A DNA stretch of 64,000 nucleotides, taken from a bacterium (GTDB taxonomy: Bacteria > Patescibacteriota > Minisyncoccia > Phycocordibacterales > UBA12445). Shown one piece after another: positions 47,295 through 56,799 of the stretch. Below the pieces are notes generated by a model. That model was not told the origin of the DNA. It saw only the letters and a program-made list of their open reading frames with translations, and searched no databases. Numbering within the stretch: position 1 is the first letter of the stretch; every line of letters starts with the position of its first letter. The stretch is taken from the NCBI GenBank assembly GCA_030648005.1, contig JAUSIP010000001.1:6662-70661 (forward strand). The letters run 5' to 3'. The translations under genes and the position numbers were made by a program.

Positions 47295-48539
47295 CTAGGC
47301 ATTGCTCCCCGCAATGTAACCTGTTGTCCAGCAGAGCTGGAGAGAGTAGCCACCAGAAGGCCTGTTGATGTGCAGCAGGTCGCCAGTAATAAATAGATTA
47401 TCGAGCTTCAAAGAACGCATAGTTTTAGTGTCTACTTCGTCGAGTACCACTCCCCCGTCGGCGGCCACTGCGCGGTCGCTACCCATCAGGCTAGTGATAG
47501 TTACCGGTAGGGATTTCAAAATGCGTACTATCTTTTTCCTCTCTTCAACAATAACGCTGTTTATCTTTTTATCAGGATCAAGTCCATCTATGAGAGAAAG
47601 GATCCTGTCACCGGTGCCCGGTGGGGCAACTTCACGGAAAACATTTTTCAAATTCTTATTTTTGTTAGCATCAAAAAGTTCAATAACTTTCTTCTCTAAA
47701 TCGCCGATATCTAAATCCGGATATGTATCAATAGTAGCTGTAACGACACCGGAACGAAGCAACCCATCAACATCTTTAGCACTGTTCAAGATCAGCGGAC
47801 CGGAGAGACCGAAGTGGGTGAATAGTATCTTACCTGTTTTAGAAAATCTTTTTTTGCTGTCTAAGAAAAAAGTAATCTTCATGGATTCAATAGAAACACC
47901 GGGAAGATCTTTGATCCACCTGTCAGCTACAGCAAGTGGAACAATAGTTGGTGTTGGCGGTACAGTGGTGTGACCGAGAGCGTTCAACCAGTTGAAGCCG
48001 TCGCCTGTAGAACCCGTCTCCGGATGTGAGATTCCGCCAGTAGCTAAGACCACAGACTTGGCTTTATATAAAATTCCATTCGAGATAACGCCTTCAACTT
48101 TATTACCAACAGAAACTATTTTAGAAACCGGCGACATATTCTTCACCACAACACCGTTATCACGAACATAATGCTCCATAACCTTGAAAACATCCAGGGC
48201 CTTTTCTGTCTTAGGGAAAGCACGCTTTTTAGCCTGTACAACAAGCGGGAGACCATGTGATTCAAAAAAGTTGAAAGTCTCCTTAACTCCAAATTGTGAG
48301 AATGAAGAATACAAGAACTGCTCTGCATCGCCGTAATTCTTCAGAAGCGCGCGGATGTCAAACTCGGCATTAGTAATATTGCATCTGCCACCACCGGTGA
48401 TCTTCAACTTCTCACCAAGCAACCTATTTTTTTCCAGTAGCAAAACTTTCTTCCCAAGCTCCCCCGCCCGGCCGGCGGCCATTATACCGGAAGCTCCGCC
48501 CCCGACAACAATGACATCATATTGTTCTTCTGAAGCCAC
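47295..48539 (-). CDS. HI0933/BaiN-family flavoprotein
   Basis: VGGGASG, KITGGGRCNITN, LATGG..P.TGSTGDG, LFTHFGLSGP, GGYSLQ. Confidence 0.92.
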   Translation of the reverse strand: MASEEQYDVIVVGGGASGIMAAGRAGELGKKVLLLEKNRLLGEKLKITGGGRCNITNAEFDIRALLKNYGDAEQFLYSSFSQFGVKETFNFFESHGLPLVVQAKKRAFPKTEKALDVFKVMEHYVRDNGVVVKNMSPVSKIVSVGNKVEGVISNGILYKAKSVVLATGGISHPETGSTGDGFNWLNALGHTTVPPTPTIVPLAVADRWIKDLPGVSIESMKITFFLDSKKRFSKTGKILFTHFGLSGPLILNSAKDVDGLLRSGVVTATIDTYPDLDIGDLEKKVIELFDANKNKNLKNVFREVAPPGTGDRILSLIDGLDPDKKINSVIVEERKKIVRILKSLPVTITSLMGSDRAVAADGGVVLDEVDTKTMRSLKLDNLFITGDLLHINRPSGGYSLQLCWTTGYIAGSNA

Positions 48540-48548
48540 ACAATCAAA

Positions 48549-49325
48549 CTAGTCTGCCCAGATAACATGAGTAAAAACCTTCTTACCATTTCCAAGATCT
48601 CGTACATAGAGCGATGGTCGGCCGTCTGCAGAATTTTTTATACTCTTACCCCAACTCTTTGGGTCATCGTGGTTAACCACATCTGATGCTCCCTGAGAGA
48701 AAGCTGTTTGACTGCTTGTATTCGTACTGTCCAGATGAGCATAGATAGTATCCAACATATCGTAATCATGCTGGTTAGGATGCTGGTTAGAAAGTGGATT
48801 ACTTGTATAGTCCATACATGTATCAAGGTTTGGATTATTGAAATCCTCATCTTGGTGATTTAGACCAAAGACGTGTCCAACTTCTTGGCACATTACAAAA
48901 GCCTTCCACTCCGGTTTGTTATAAGCAGGTTTGACAAAGTAACTGTCGTTGAGCTTTGTGGTGGCTTGGACAATATGTTCACCGTTCGTCCAGACACTCG
49001 CGATACCAAGCCAGCCATTGCTTCCATATTTACTGTTGCACACTTCGATCCGCCCAAGAGTGGCTCTGCAATTTTTCGGATTAGAAGTGCCGGCAACAAC
49101 TACCGTATCTAATACTGAAGACAAACTCCAGTCACTCGAAGCGAGAGCAAGATACGAATCCCAAGATGTTGAGACATTGTCACCAAGCTTCAGGGTCAAA
49201 GGATTAGCAGTACGTGCCCAGTGGTACCCACCCCAAGAATGATCGGCATATGCGACAGATACTAAAGTACCTAGAGAGAGTACAGATGCGGCCGCAAACT
49301 TACTGAAATTAGAAAATTTAAACAT
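48549..49325 (-). CDS. Secreted metzincin-like protein
   Basis: Signal peptide; QEVGHVFGLNH (HExxHxxGxxH with the first His replaced by Gln); CMDY Met-turn. Confidence 0.75.
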   Translation of the reverse strand: MFKFSNFSKFAAASVLSLGTLVSVAYADHSWGGYHWARTANPLTLKLGDNVSTSWDSYLALASSDWSLSSVLDTVVVAGTSNPKNCRATLGRIEVCNSKYGSNGWLGIASVWTNGEHIVQATTKLNDSYFVKPAYNKPEWKAFVMCQEVGHVFGLNHQDEDFNNPNLDTCMDYTSNPLSNQHPNQHDYDMLDTIYAHLDSTNTSSQTAFSQGASDVVNHDDPKSWGKSIKNSADGRPSLYVRDLGNGKKVFTHVIWAD

Positions 49326-49379
49326 TGTGATGAAATTATTACTAATATTAAATTTTTATCTTTATCTAATGTATCAATT

Positions 49380-50873
49380 TTACTTCTCCAAATCAAGCTC
49401 TTCATCTATGCGGATCTCAGCCACAAACTCCGGCACGTGGCTTACTAATATCATAGCACCTTCATACTTATTGAGTGCTTCGGCGATGATAGGCAAGTGG
49501 CGGAAATTAATATGGTTAGTCGGCTCGTCGAGTATAAGCAGACCCGGCTTCTGAAGCACGAGGCGAGCGAAAGCTACCAAGCCCTTCTGCCCCTCTGATA
49601 GACTGCCGATCTTGCTGTGCATAAGATCACCGGTGATGAGAAACCCCGCAGCAGTGCCTCGCATCGCATGTTCATCAGACTTCTTCATAATAGACAGAAG
49701 CGAATCAAAGACAGTATCTTCGAAGTTAAGCGTGGAGAAATCTTGACGGTAATAACCGACAACTGTGTCCTTCGCGATAACCGAACCGGAAGCTGTGCCC
49801 TTAGCAATAGCCTCAAGTAGAGTGGACTTGCCGATGCCATTTGGACCTTTCAAAAGCAAGTGCTGATTCTTACGAAGTGTAAGACTGGCCTTGTGTTTAA
49901 CAATCGGATTCGCGACCTTACCCTTCTTCGAGACGTGAGGATTAGTGCTTATAGTATTAAATTCAGTGATACTAAGTATCGTACCGGACAGATCCGTCTG
50001 TGAAGGAATAATGAAGGGGCGGATAGTCCTGTCCTCCTTTCTCGTATCCACCTTACTCTCCTCAAGCTCCTCTGCTAAATCGCGCATACGCTTGGCAACC
50101 AAACGCATCTGACCGCCCTTATTAGCGAAAGAGTTGGCCTTATCCTTCTTCTCTTGTATCTGCTTCTCCAACTGGGCATTCTGCCTATTCTCCCTCTCCA
50201 CTCGAGCAGAGATCTCTCTAACGACATTGAAATAGTTGCCGGTGTACTGCTCAACTTTCTTAGTGAAGATATCCAGATACAAAACTCCGTCGGTGAAAGC
50301 GTTGAGGAAGTCCGAATCGTGCGAAATGACAATCACAGTCTTGGTATAATTCTTCAAGAACTGCGTGAGATGCGCGATCCCCGCTTTGTCTAAGTTGTTG
50401 GTCGGCTCATCAAGTAGAAGCAGATCAGGATCTTGTATCAGTGCCGAAGCCAGAAGAAGTCGTGCCTGCTGTCCGCCGGAGAAGGAACGGACGATGCGGT
50501 CATGCAACTTTTCATGGCCTTTCAAATTCACAACTTCAAGCACTTCGTCTATCTTGGGATCGATGTCGTAGATTTTATCTGCAAACTGCCTTTCGAAAAA
50601 TTCGCGGACAGTCAGGTCAAGCATATCGCGTGGGATGATCTGTCTCGCGAGCGCAATAGTCAGACCATGCGAAAGAAAGACATCGCCAGAGTCCGGCTTC
50701 AGACCACCAGTAATAAGCTGAAAGATAGTACTCTTCCCTCCACCGTTCTGCCCCATGACCGTGATCTTGGAGTTCTTGCGAACAGAGAAAGAGACCGCAT
50801 CCAGAATGGGCTTGTTCTCTTCGTATTGAAAGCCGGCGTCTTCAAACCGGAGTATCACTTCGTCTTTTGCCAT
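49380..50873 (-). CDS. ABC-F family ATPase
   Basis: Two ABC domains (GQNGGGKST, FSGGQ, LDEPTN; GPNGIGKST, LSEGQ), no TM segments. Confidence 0.92.
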   Translation of the reverse strand: MAKDEVILRFEDAGFQYEENKPILDAVSFSVRKNSKITVMGQNGGGKSTIFQLITGGLKPDSGDVFLSHGLTIALARQIIPRDMLDLTVREFFERQFADKIYDIDPKIDEVLEVVNLKGHEKLHDRIVRSFSGGQQARLLLASALIQDPDLLLLDEPTNNLDKAGIAHLTQFLKNYTKTVIVISHDSDFLNAFTDGVLYLDIFTKKVEQYTGNYFNVVREISARVERENRQNAQLEKQIQEKKDKANSFANKGGQMRLVAKRMRDLAEELEESKVDTRKEDRTIRPFIIPSQTDLSGTILSITEFNTISTNPHVSKKGKVANPIVKHKASLTLRKNQHLLLKGPNGIGKSTLLEAIAKGTASGSVIAKDTVVGYYRQDFSTLNFEDTVFDSLLSIMKKSDEHAMRGTAAGFLITGDLMHSKIGSLSEGQKGLVAFARLVLQKPGLLILDEPTNHINFRHLPIIAEALNKYEGAMILVSHVPEFVAEIRIDEELDLEK

Positions 50874-50950
50874 GGCCTAGAGCCTAACACAAATTTGACA
50901 AAAAGAAAAACCACCAATCTAATTGGTGGTAGGGGTAAGAATGAGAGAAT

Positions 50951-51487
50951 TTAGACACAATCTGTGGCGGATATAATCGCTCGGCCATAGAGAGCTTTGG
51001 TTATCTTATCCTCACTGCCGTACTTTCGGAAACCAGTATCATCTCTTACTGAAGGATTCCGCTCTTCCAATTCCTTGAAGTATTCCTTCCAGTCAAACAC
51101 CTTCTTCGGAGGAGCCTTCGTGATGATACTCTGAGGGTAAAGGATGTCCAATTTCGTGCCATCAGTCTTCTGACACTTAAACGTAATCGGCAAACCATGA
51201 CTTCGCAAACCATCAGGTTTCAACCAGCCCGCGACCCTATCAAAAAGAACTCCAATCACCTTGTATCTATTCCCAGTGAAAAACTTATTATCTCGTCCAA
51301 GAGATCTAGCAGTATCTCCTCTAATCCATCCTTCAACCACTCCCCAAACTTCAAGAATGTCCCCCTCCCCGCAAACAGGTAGTGAGATCCCATTGCTCTC
51401 GCACTGTAATGCCTGCTTGTCGTCTAGAAAGAGAAACCCACAGAACTGACACATGAAGACGACGGGGCGTCTGATTACAAGTGGCAT
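50951..51487 (-). CDS. Hypothetical protein with an N-terminal CxxC motif
   Basis: CQFCG...ALQCE; GGAGG SD; last gene of a three-gene cassette. Confidence 0.6.
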   Translation of the reverse strand: MPLVIRRPVVFMCQFCGFLFLDDKQALQCESNGISLPVCGEGDILEVWGVVEGWIRGDTARSLGRDNKFFTGNRYKVIGVLFDRVAGWLKPDGLRSHGLPITFKCQKTDGTKLDILYPQSIITKAPPKKVFDWKEYFKELEERNPSVRDDTGFRKYGSEDKITKALYGRAIISATDCV

Positions 51488-51726
51488 GATTTTCCTCCTT
51501 CAGGTGGTGTGTGTACGAGGTGCCATGTGAGCCATGGGACATGCTTTTTGACGAGCGCGTTCAGATCGGGATAGACCATGATCGTGAAGAGGCCGAATGG
51601 GTGCTTGTATCTCTTCTTCACCATCTTGGCGGCTTTATTTACATTCTTTGCCTCCACAAATGCTATGTCCATATCAGAATGCGTGGGCGCGGCATAGCTG
51701 TAGGTGACTACGCAGAATTCTAGCAT
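51475..51726 (-). CDS. Hypothetical protein
   Basis: Overlaps both neighbouring genes (translational coupling). Confidence 0.55.
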   Translation of the reverse strand: MLEFCVVTYSYAAPTHSDMDIAFVEAKNVNKAAKMVKKRYKHPFGLFTIMVYPDLNALVKKHVPWLTWHLVHTPPEGGKSCHL

Positions 51727-52340
51727 GAGCACCTTCTTTTCTGGGTATCATGATTAGGAATCTCGATATGCGAAACAGGAACCCACTTCATTGGCCCACG
51801 GACTTTATGACAATGTTCAGCTGAGATCTCGAGAGCATCAATGACGATCTTAGCGGGATCCATCTGCCCGAAGTCAGCACTCAGATAAGCATGATGCATG
51901 GCGCCAAGAGCATAAGAGAACCCCACCCCTATAGCGGCGAAGGGTAAGGCCGGATCTTGAATAGAATAATTCATGCCAATTTCATAAACCCAATTTCTAT
52001 AACAGATAAGAAAATTTGATCCTATCTCTTCCTCACCAGCCTTGTAATTACCTCTCTTGAAAAGCTTCTGCATGGCAGGAACCATCTTCAAGATTAGAAA
52101 ATTGCGATTGACCTCCCTATCGAGAGTTAGCTCCTTCTGCTCGGGCAACCTAAGAGATCTCATCAAATCTGCCGCGCGATAATCACCATCAAAGGCAATC
52201 ATAACATCCGGACTCTTAACCTGCTTGATTTTGAAGAATTTCACATCATTTCTTGTTGCGGCGTTATCGCCATAAGTACAGAGCGAGTCAGCGCCGACAA
52301 CTGTGAGATTATTGTGAACCAGCGCCACGACGCAAGTCAT
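51720..52340 (-). CDS. Ntn-hydrolase, proteasome-beta/HslV-like
   Basis: MTCVVAL..VGADS...K, AAIGVG..YALGA, ALEISAEH; Thr at position 2. Confidence 0.75.
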   Translation of the reverse strand: MTCVVALVHNNLTVVGADSLCTYGDNAATRNDVKFFKIKQVKSPDVMIAFDGDYRAADLMRSLRLPEQKELTLDREVNRNFLILKMVPAMQKLFKRGNYKAGEEEIGSNFLICYRNWVYEIGMNYSIQDPALPFAAIGVGFSYALGAMHHAYLSADFGQMDPAKIVIDALEISAEHCHKVRGPMKWVPVSHIEIPNHDTQKRRCSC

Positions 52341-52398
52341 AGGAACCCCTCCCTATATCAAAAAAACATTGTTCTAAACTCAAACTATCAAAAATGTC

Positions 52399-52857
52399 CT
52401 ATGATGTAAATGTCGAGGATTTCGGCGCGACCCTGGCGCCGATCACGACCGCCAGCGCGGCGATCAAGATATTTTTTATAATATACTGACCTTCAAGAGT
52501 TGGAACTAGAAGTCCTTGCCATGTAATATCCGACAAAAGTAAAAGTGGCATAGCAGTAGTGACCAGGTGTAAGCAGAGGAAAAATATCGCCACCCGTTCT
52601 AGTCCGGTGATAAGGAACAGTATACCGATCGTCATCTCATAAATCGCAAATAAAGTATAAAAGAGAGTAAAAGGCATGAAGCCTATTGTCTTATCAAAAA
52701 GAGCAAGCACAAGCGGGCCAGCCGGACTCGCACCGATAAGCTTCAAAGCTCCGAACCAGAAGTAAACAATAAAGATCGCTGTCCGCGCCATAGGTACCTC
52801 CAGCCTTCGAAGATGGGAGATCACCCTCGCGTCAATTTTATGGAACCGTTCTTGCAT
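52399..52857 (-). CDS. DoxX/DUF417-like membrane protein
   Basis: VYFWFGALK..SPA, EGQYIIKN. Confidence 0.75.
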   Translation of the reverse strand: MQERFHKIDARVISHLRRLEVPMARTAIFIVYFWFGALKLIGASPAGPLVLALFDKTIGFMPFTLFYTLFAIYEMTIGILFLITGLERVAIFFLCLHLVTTAMPLLLLSDITWQGLLVPTLEGQYIIKNILIAALAVVIGARVAPKSSTFTS

Positions 52858-52924
52858 AGAATTAATTATAACATATTGATTTTGATTTAATAAAAAAAAC
52901 CCCGATGACCATCGGGGGCGCTAG

Positions 52925-53278
52925 CTAATTTACATTGGATGGTGGTAGCGGATTATCCTGTGGCTCAGCTTCGGGGATTTCTTCAACTATCTCGCTGTGT
53001 TCATCCTGAATGTTTTCATATCTAACCTTAACCACGAGCATATCTGCATGGTTTGATTTAAGAACCGGGTCAACAGCCACAAACAGAGCATAGTCGTCAA
53101 ACAACAACTTCAATATAGCCCACCTTCTGTCTTCGGGAATCTCACCCATCCTCTGCTTACTTCTCCATTCACCATCCAACCCCTCTAGAGCTTCAATGAA
53201 CGTCTCGAACTCCTCAATTTTTTTAAAATTTGGAGGTTCTCTCCCACTCCAGAGTGGTATCCTTTTTGGTCTGTACAT
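52925..53278 (-). CDS. Hypothetical protein (ORFan cassette)
   Basis: GGAGG SD; terminator CCCCGATG...CATCGGGG at ~52900-52918. Confidence 0.6.
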   Translation of the reverse strand: MYRPKRIPLWSGREPPNFKKIEEFETFIEALEGLDGEWRSKQRMGEIPEDRRWAILKLLFDDYALFVAVDPVLKSNHADMLVVKVRYENIQDEHSEIVEEIPEAEPQDNPLPPSNVN

Positions 53279-53359
53279 GACAACCTCCCAACAGTTAGTT
53301 ATCAATCAACTACCCTTTCATAAAATAACATTTTATGGATAGCCTGGGCAAGTTAGTGT

Positions 53360-53545
53360 CTAGTTTTTCCAATGGAGTACAATCTCAAAATAAAGGAAGA
53401 GTGCCCCGGTGACTGCCCAAGATAGGATCTCGAAGATTATCGGCTTGAAATTTATTTTATGCAGGGTCATTGCGAGTGATCCGAAAACAACTATCAGCAC
53501 GGCGAGTAATACAATCAACTCTTTCTGTGTTTCTATCACGCTCAA
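53360..53545 (-). CDS. Small two-TM hypothetical protein
   Basis: 61 aa, two hydrophobic segments, AGGAGAGG upstream. Confidence 0.5.
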   Translation of the reverse strand: MSVIETQKELIVLLAVLIVVFGSLAMTLHKINFKPIIFEILSWAVTGALFLYFEIVLHWKN

Positions 53546-53652
53546 CCTCTCCTTTTGGAATTTCTAAACTAACCTTACCAAATATTTATATATTATAAAA
53601 GACCCCCATCTTTTGCTTTTTTAGTAATAATTTGATATATTTTACTTCATAT

Positions 53653-53728
53653 TCCTCGGTAGTCCCGATTCGATTCATCGAATCGAGGATCCCGACAGGG
53701 GTCGGGACTCAGTGGTTTAGTTGTTAAC
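53653..53728 (+). pseudogene. tRNA-Asn 5' fragment interrupted by a 45-nt twin-hairpin insertion (53663-53707)
   Basis: TCCTCGGTAG + insert + CTCAGTGGT...TGTTAAC matches the intact tRNA-Asn downstream. Confidence 0.8.
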
Positions 53729-53735
53729 TTAATAT

Positions 53736-53810
53736 TCCTCGGTAGCTCAGTGGTAGAGCAGCTCGCTGTTAACGAGTTGGTCGTAGGTTCGAATCCTACC
53801 CGGGGAGCCA
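53736..53810 (+). tRNA. tRNA-Asn(GTT)
   Basis: Anticodon arm GCTCG-CTGTTAA-CGAGT; GTAGG-TTCGAAT-CCTAC; CCA. Confidence 0.95.
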
Positions 53811-53948
53811 AGTGAGCGAAGCGAACGCTCCACGAGCAAGCAAACTGCTTTGCTTGCGTGGTAGGATTCGAAAAGGTTCTCCGTTATCCGATGGCAATCG
53901 GATCGGAAACCTGTACCGTTCATGTAATGAAAGAATCCTTCTAAAAAA

Positions 53949-54566
53949 ATGAAAAACCCCAAAGTAATAATCTACGACAACGACGGAATGATCTGCCATA
54001 GTGGCCGATTTAGCGACAGTTATTCTAAGGAGTTTGGGATTGAGATGGATATAATGAGTCCCTTTTTCGAAGGACCATTTAAAAACTGTCTCGTTGGAAA
54101 AGCAGACCTGAAAGAGGAGTTAGAAAAAGTTTTAGATATATGGAACTGGAAAGGGACAGCCAACCAGCTTCTTGATTACTGGTTTTCAGTAGGAAGCACG
54201 CTCGACGAGAAAGTTTTCCCTACTATTTCAAAATTTAAAGATCAAGGTCTAATAGTATGTCTGGCAACTAATCAGGAAAAATATCGAAAAGAATATTTAG
54301 TTACAAAATTTGGATACGACAAAGTATTTAATGAAATCTTTTCTTCTGCAGAACTAGGCGCTTATAAGAACAGCGAGAAGGGTCTCCAAAAAACTTTCGA
54401 CATCTTGAAAGATAAATATGGCATTGAAGATAGAGACGAGATCATGTACTGGGATGACCGAGAAGGAAATGTTGAACATATAAATCAGTTTGGTATGAAC
54501 GGTCAGCATTATAAAAATTATGAGGAGTTTAGGGATGTAATGGCCGGTCTTGGCTACTTAGTTTAA
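53949..54566 (+). CDS. HAD-superfamily hydrolase
   Basis: IIYDNDG (DxD), LATNQ, FSSAELG..K, YWDD. Confidence 0.88.
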   Translation: MKNPKVIIYDNDGMICHSGRFSDSYSKEFGIEMDIMSPFFEGPFKNCLVGKADLKEELEKVLDIWNWKGTANQLLDYWFSVGSTLDEKVFPTISKFKDQGLIVCLATNQEKYRKEYLVTKFGYDKVFNEIFSSAELGAYKNSEKGLQKTFDILKDKYGIEDRDEIMYWDDREGNVEHINQFGMNGQHYKNYEEFRDVMAGLGYLV

Positions 54567-54570
54567 TTTT

Positions 54571-54972
54571 ATGCAAAATAAAACAACTCACGAATCATTT
54601 GTTTTAAGACAATCCACACTTCCAAGTGCAGGAATCGGAGTGATTACCTTACACGACATAGCCAAGGGTACATATATGGAGCTTTTTCGTGATGGTTTTG
54701 AGGAGGAAATTAGGGATGAGTCTGATGTGCCGAAGCCACTCAGGGCATACTGTCTCTATCAGGGTAATGGCAAGATCTTATGTCCAAAAATGTTCAATCG
54801 TATGGATATCGGAAATTATCTCAATCACTCAGAGAACTGGAATATGGTCTATGAAAAAGGCAGGGGTTACTTTGCTTCTCGAGATATTAGAGCCGGAGAG
54901 GAACTCTTTGCCAACTATAGAGATCTGGGAGAGCCCGAAGACCAGAGAGAGGAGTATTACAAGGTGCATTAA
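54571..54972 (+). CDS. SET-domain protein (lysine methyltransferase-like)
   Basis: SAGIGV, YLNHS, RDIRAGEELFANY. Confidence 0.88.
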   Translation: MQNKTTHESFVLRQSTLPSAGIGVITLHDIAKGTYMELFRDGFEEEIRDESDVPKPLRAYCLYQGNGKILCPKMFNRMDIGNYLNHSENWNMVYEKGRGYFASRDIRAGEELFANYRDLGEPEDQREEYYKVH

Positions 54973-55073
54973 TACTTTGACCTTCAGCATTTCTTGGAGC
55001 AGAGCGAGTACGATGCGAAAGGTGTACTGTTCCCGTAATGAAAGAATCCTACCCGGGGAGCAAAAATAAAATA

Positions 55074-56483
55074 CTATCTTTGGTAGTGTGTTGAATTTTT
55101 AAATTCCCAGTTACCGACCGAGCAAGAACCGTCCTGATGCTCGATCTGTAATTCACTTGCACTTGTAAGTTGTACTATAATTCTACCGCTCGTTATTCCT
55201 CGCTCATTATTCCTGTACTGATGATTTCCATCATTGTCATAGCAATAAGTAGAACCCGGCACAACTTCATTAAATTTTCTATTTATATTTCCCAATGAAT
55301 TAGCTGTAAATATCCATTTGGTCGGCTGAGAAACAAACATTCCACTTGTTGATATAACAGATTCACCAGAGAACCTATTGTTCAATCCAAAGTGGAGTAA
55401 TTTACCCCAGTCGGCGGGCCTCATTGGAGACGCGTTTCCAATAAACCAATCGCCCTGTAAAGTCCCGGTAATATCATGTTCAACAGTTCCACAATTACCC
55501 TTTGCTGTTGGTTCAAGTTTTGCCAAAAGCTGTTCTCTAAGTGGAGAAGAAAAATAATTATAAGGACAAGTTGAGTGTTTTGTCAGAAAGCCGTGTCTCG
55601 ATGGACTTATAAAAGAATGCGTGACGCGTAAATCCCATGTGCCAAAATTGAAATTCCCCTGCATCCTACCCACGGTGCCAAGCGGTGTTCCCTCTACTAT
55701 TTTATTCAAAACCATTACAGGACAATTGTTACTACCCGGCGAATCACTTGAATTCGGACATTTATATTCATCAACAATCTTCTTCAGTACTGGCGAAAAA
55801 CCCTTGATGTGATCAACGACACCAAACACGTCCTTGCAAAACGCATATTTAATTGTGTGATCTTCGGGATCCTGAGTAGCTCCATATCTTGGGGTTATCA
55901 AAATAATCCACATATCTCCGGGTGCTACAAGCGGTGTCGTTTGAGTTGTTCCTTGACCATTAACTGCTATGTAAGTATCCGAACTAATACTTGCGAGAGT
56001 ATGTTCTGGAGGGTTTGCTGATCCGATAGGCTCAATACCCACTATAGAGTCAAGAGGAACGGGGGATGTCTTCATCAATACATTTTCACAATCAGGAAGC
56101 AGAGCTCGCTCTTCGTCAGAAAGAATCTCCCACCCCAGACGCTTTTTTATCAGATCCTCGGGCTTATTGCTAAACCCGTGGTTTACCCAATTTACAATAT
56201 CCTCCACTCTAACTTCTTTTTTGTTACCAGAATCTTGCGGTGTTTGATTTATCGGGGCAACTTTTGGAAGTTCCGCTACGCCAATATCTTGCCGGGGAAC
56301 TTCTTTCTCACTCTCTTTCTCACTCTCAGTCGCTACTTTCACTACAGGCTTATCTGTATCTAATTTCTTAATCTCTTTTACTCCGTGATTCGAATATAAA
56401 TATCCACTGGCAATTAAAAATACGGTAACAAAACTAATAATAATGACAGGGGCAAACCCTCTTTTATAACAAATTATTTTCAT
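55074..56483 (-). CDS. Membrane-anchored exported hypothetical protein
   Basis: 469-aa ORF with an N-terminal KRGF + TM segment and paired Cys. Confidence 0.75.
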   Translation of the reverse strand: MKIICYKRGFAPVIIISFVTVFLIASGYLYSNHGVKEIKKLDTDKPVVKVATESEKESEKEVPRQDIGVAELPKVAPINQTPQDSGNKKEVRVEDIVNWVNHGFSNKPEDLIKKRLGWEILSDEERALLPDCENVLMKTSPVPLDSIVGIEPIGSANPPEHTLASISSDTYIAVNGQGTTQTTPLVAPGDMWIILITPRYGATQDPEDHTIKYAFCKDVFGVVDHIKGFSPVLKKIVDEYKCPNSSDSPGSNNCPVMVLNKIVEGTPLGTVGRMQGNFNFGTWDLRVTHSFISPSRHGFLTKHSTCPYNYFSSPLREQLLAKLEPTAKGNCGTVEHDITGTLQGDWFIGNASPMRPADWGKLLHFGLNNRFSGESVISTSGMFVSQPTKWIFTANSLGNINRKFNEVVPGSTYCYDNDGNHQYRNNERGITSGRIIVQLTSASELQIEHQDGSCSVGNWEFKNSTHYQR

Positions 56484-56799
56484 ATGAATATACTATCATG
56501 AAGTAAACTTGCAACCGGCCTCATTATCCACAAATTAAATAGCGAAACATTAGTGAGAATAATCATTTTTTGTTACTCTTCTAATTATGCTAAACGGCCA
56601 AAAAATTCTTGTCTACGCGCCGTTTGATAGCGAGATCTCTGATATTAGTTCACGGGAAGATTTCGGTTATGATGTTTAGCTTACTGTATAGAGAACTCAT
56701 ATAGTCCTTGTTGGATAAAATTGTTATAATATTCTCTTGTTCGAGGAGCCAGAAAAACGCCGCGAGATTCCAGAATGAAAATGGTGTAGAATAATAACT

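Larger units (their letters stand above)
53811..55061 (+). mobile_element. tRNA-Asn-anchored mini-island (two structured modules bracketing HAD and SET genes)
   Basis: 18-bp direct repeat 53791-53808 = 55044-55061; GTAATGAAAGAATCCT at 53924 and 55035; no integrase. Confidence 0.7.

Noticed and set aside
46710-47973. Long plus-strand ORFs (228 and 202 aa)
   Set aside because: Antisense to well-supported minus-strand genes
50951-53545. Prophage
   Set aside because: No integrase, terminase, capsid or tail genes; only scattered ORFan cassettes
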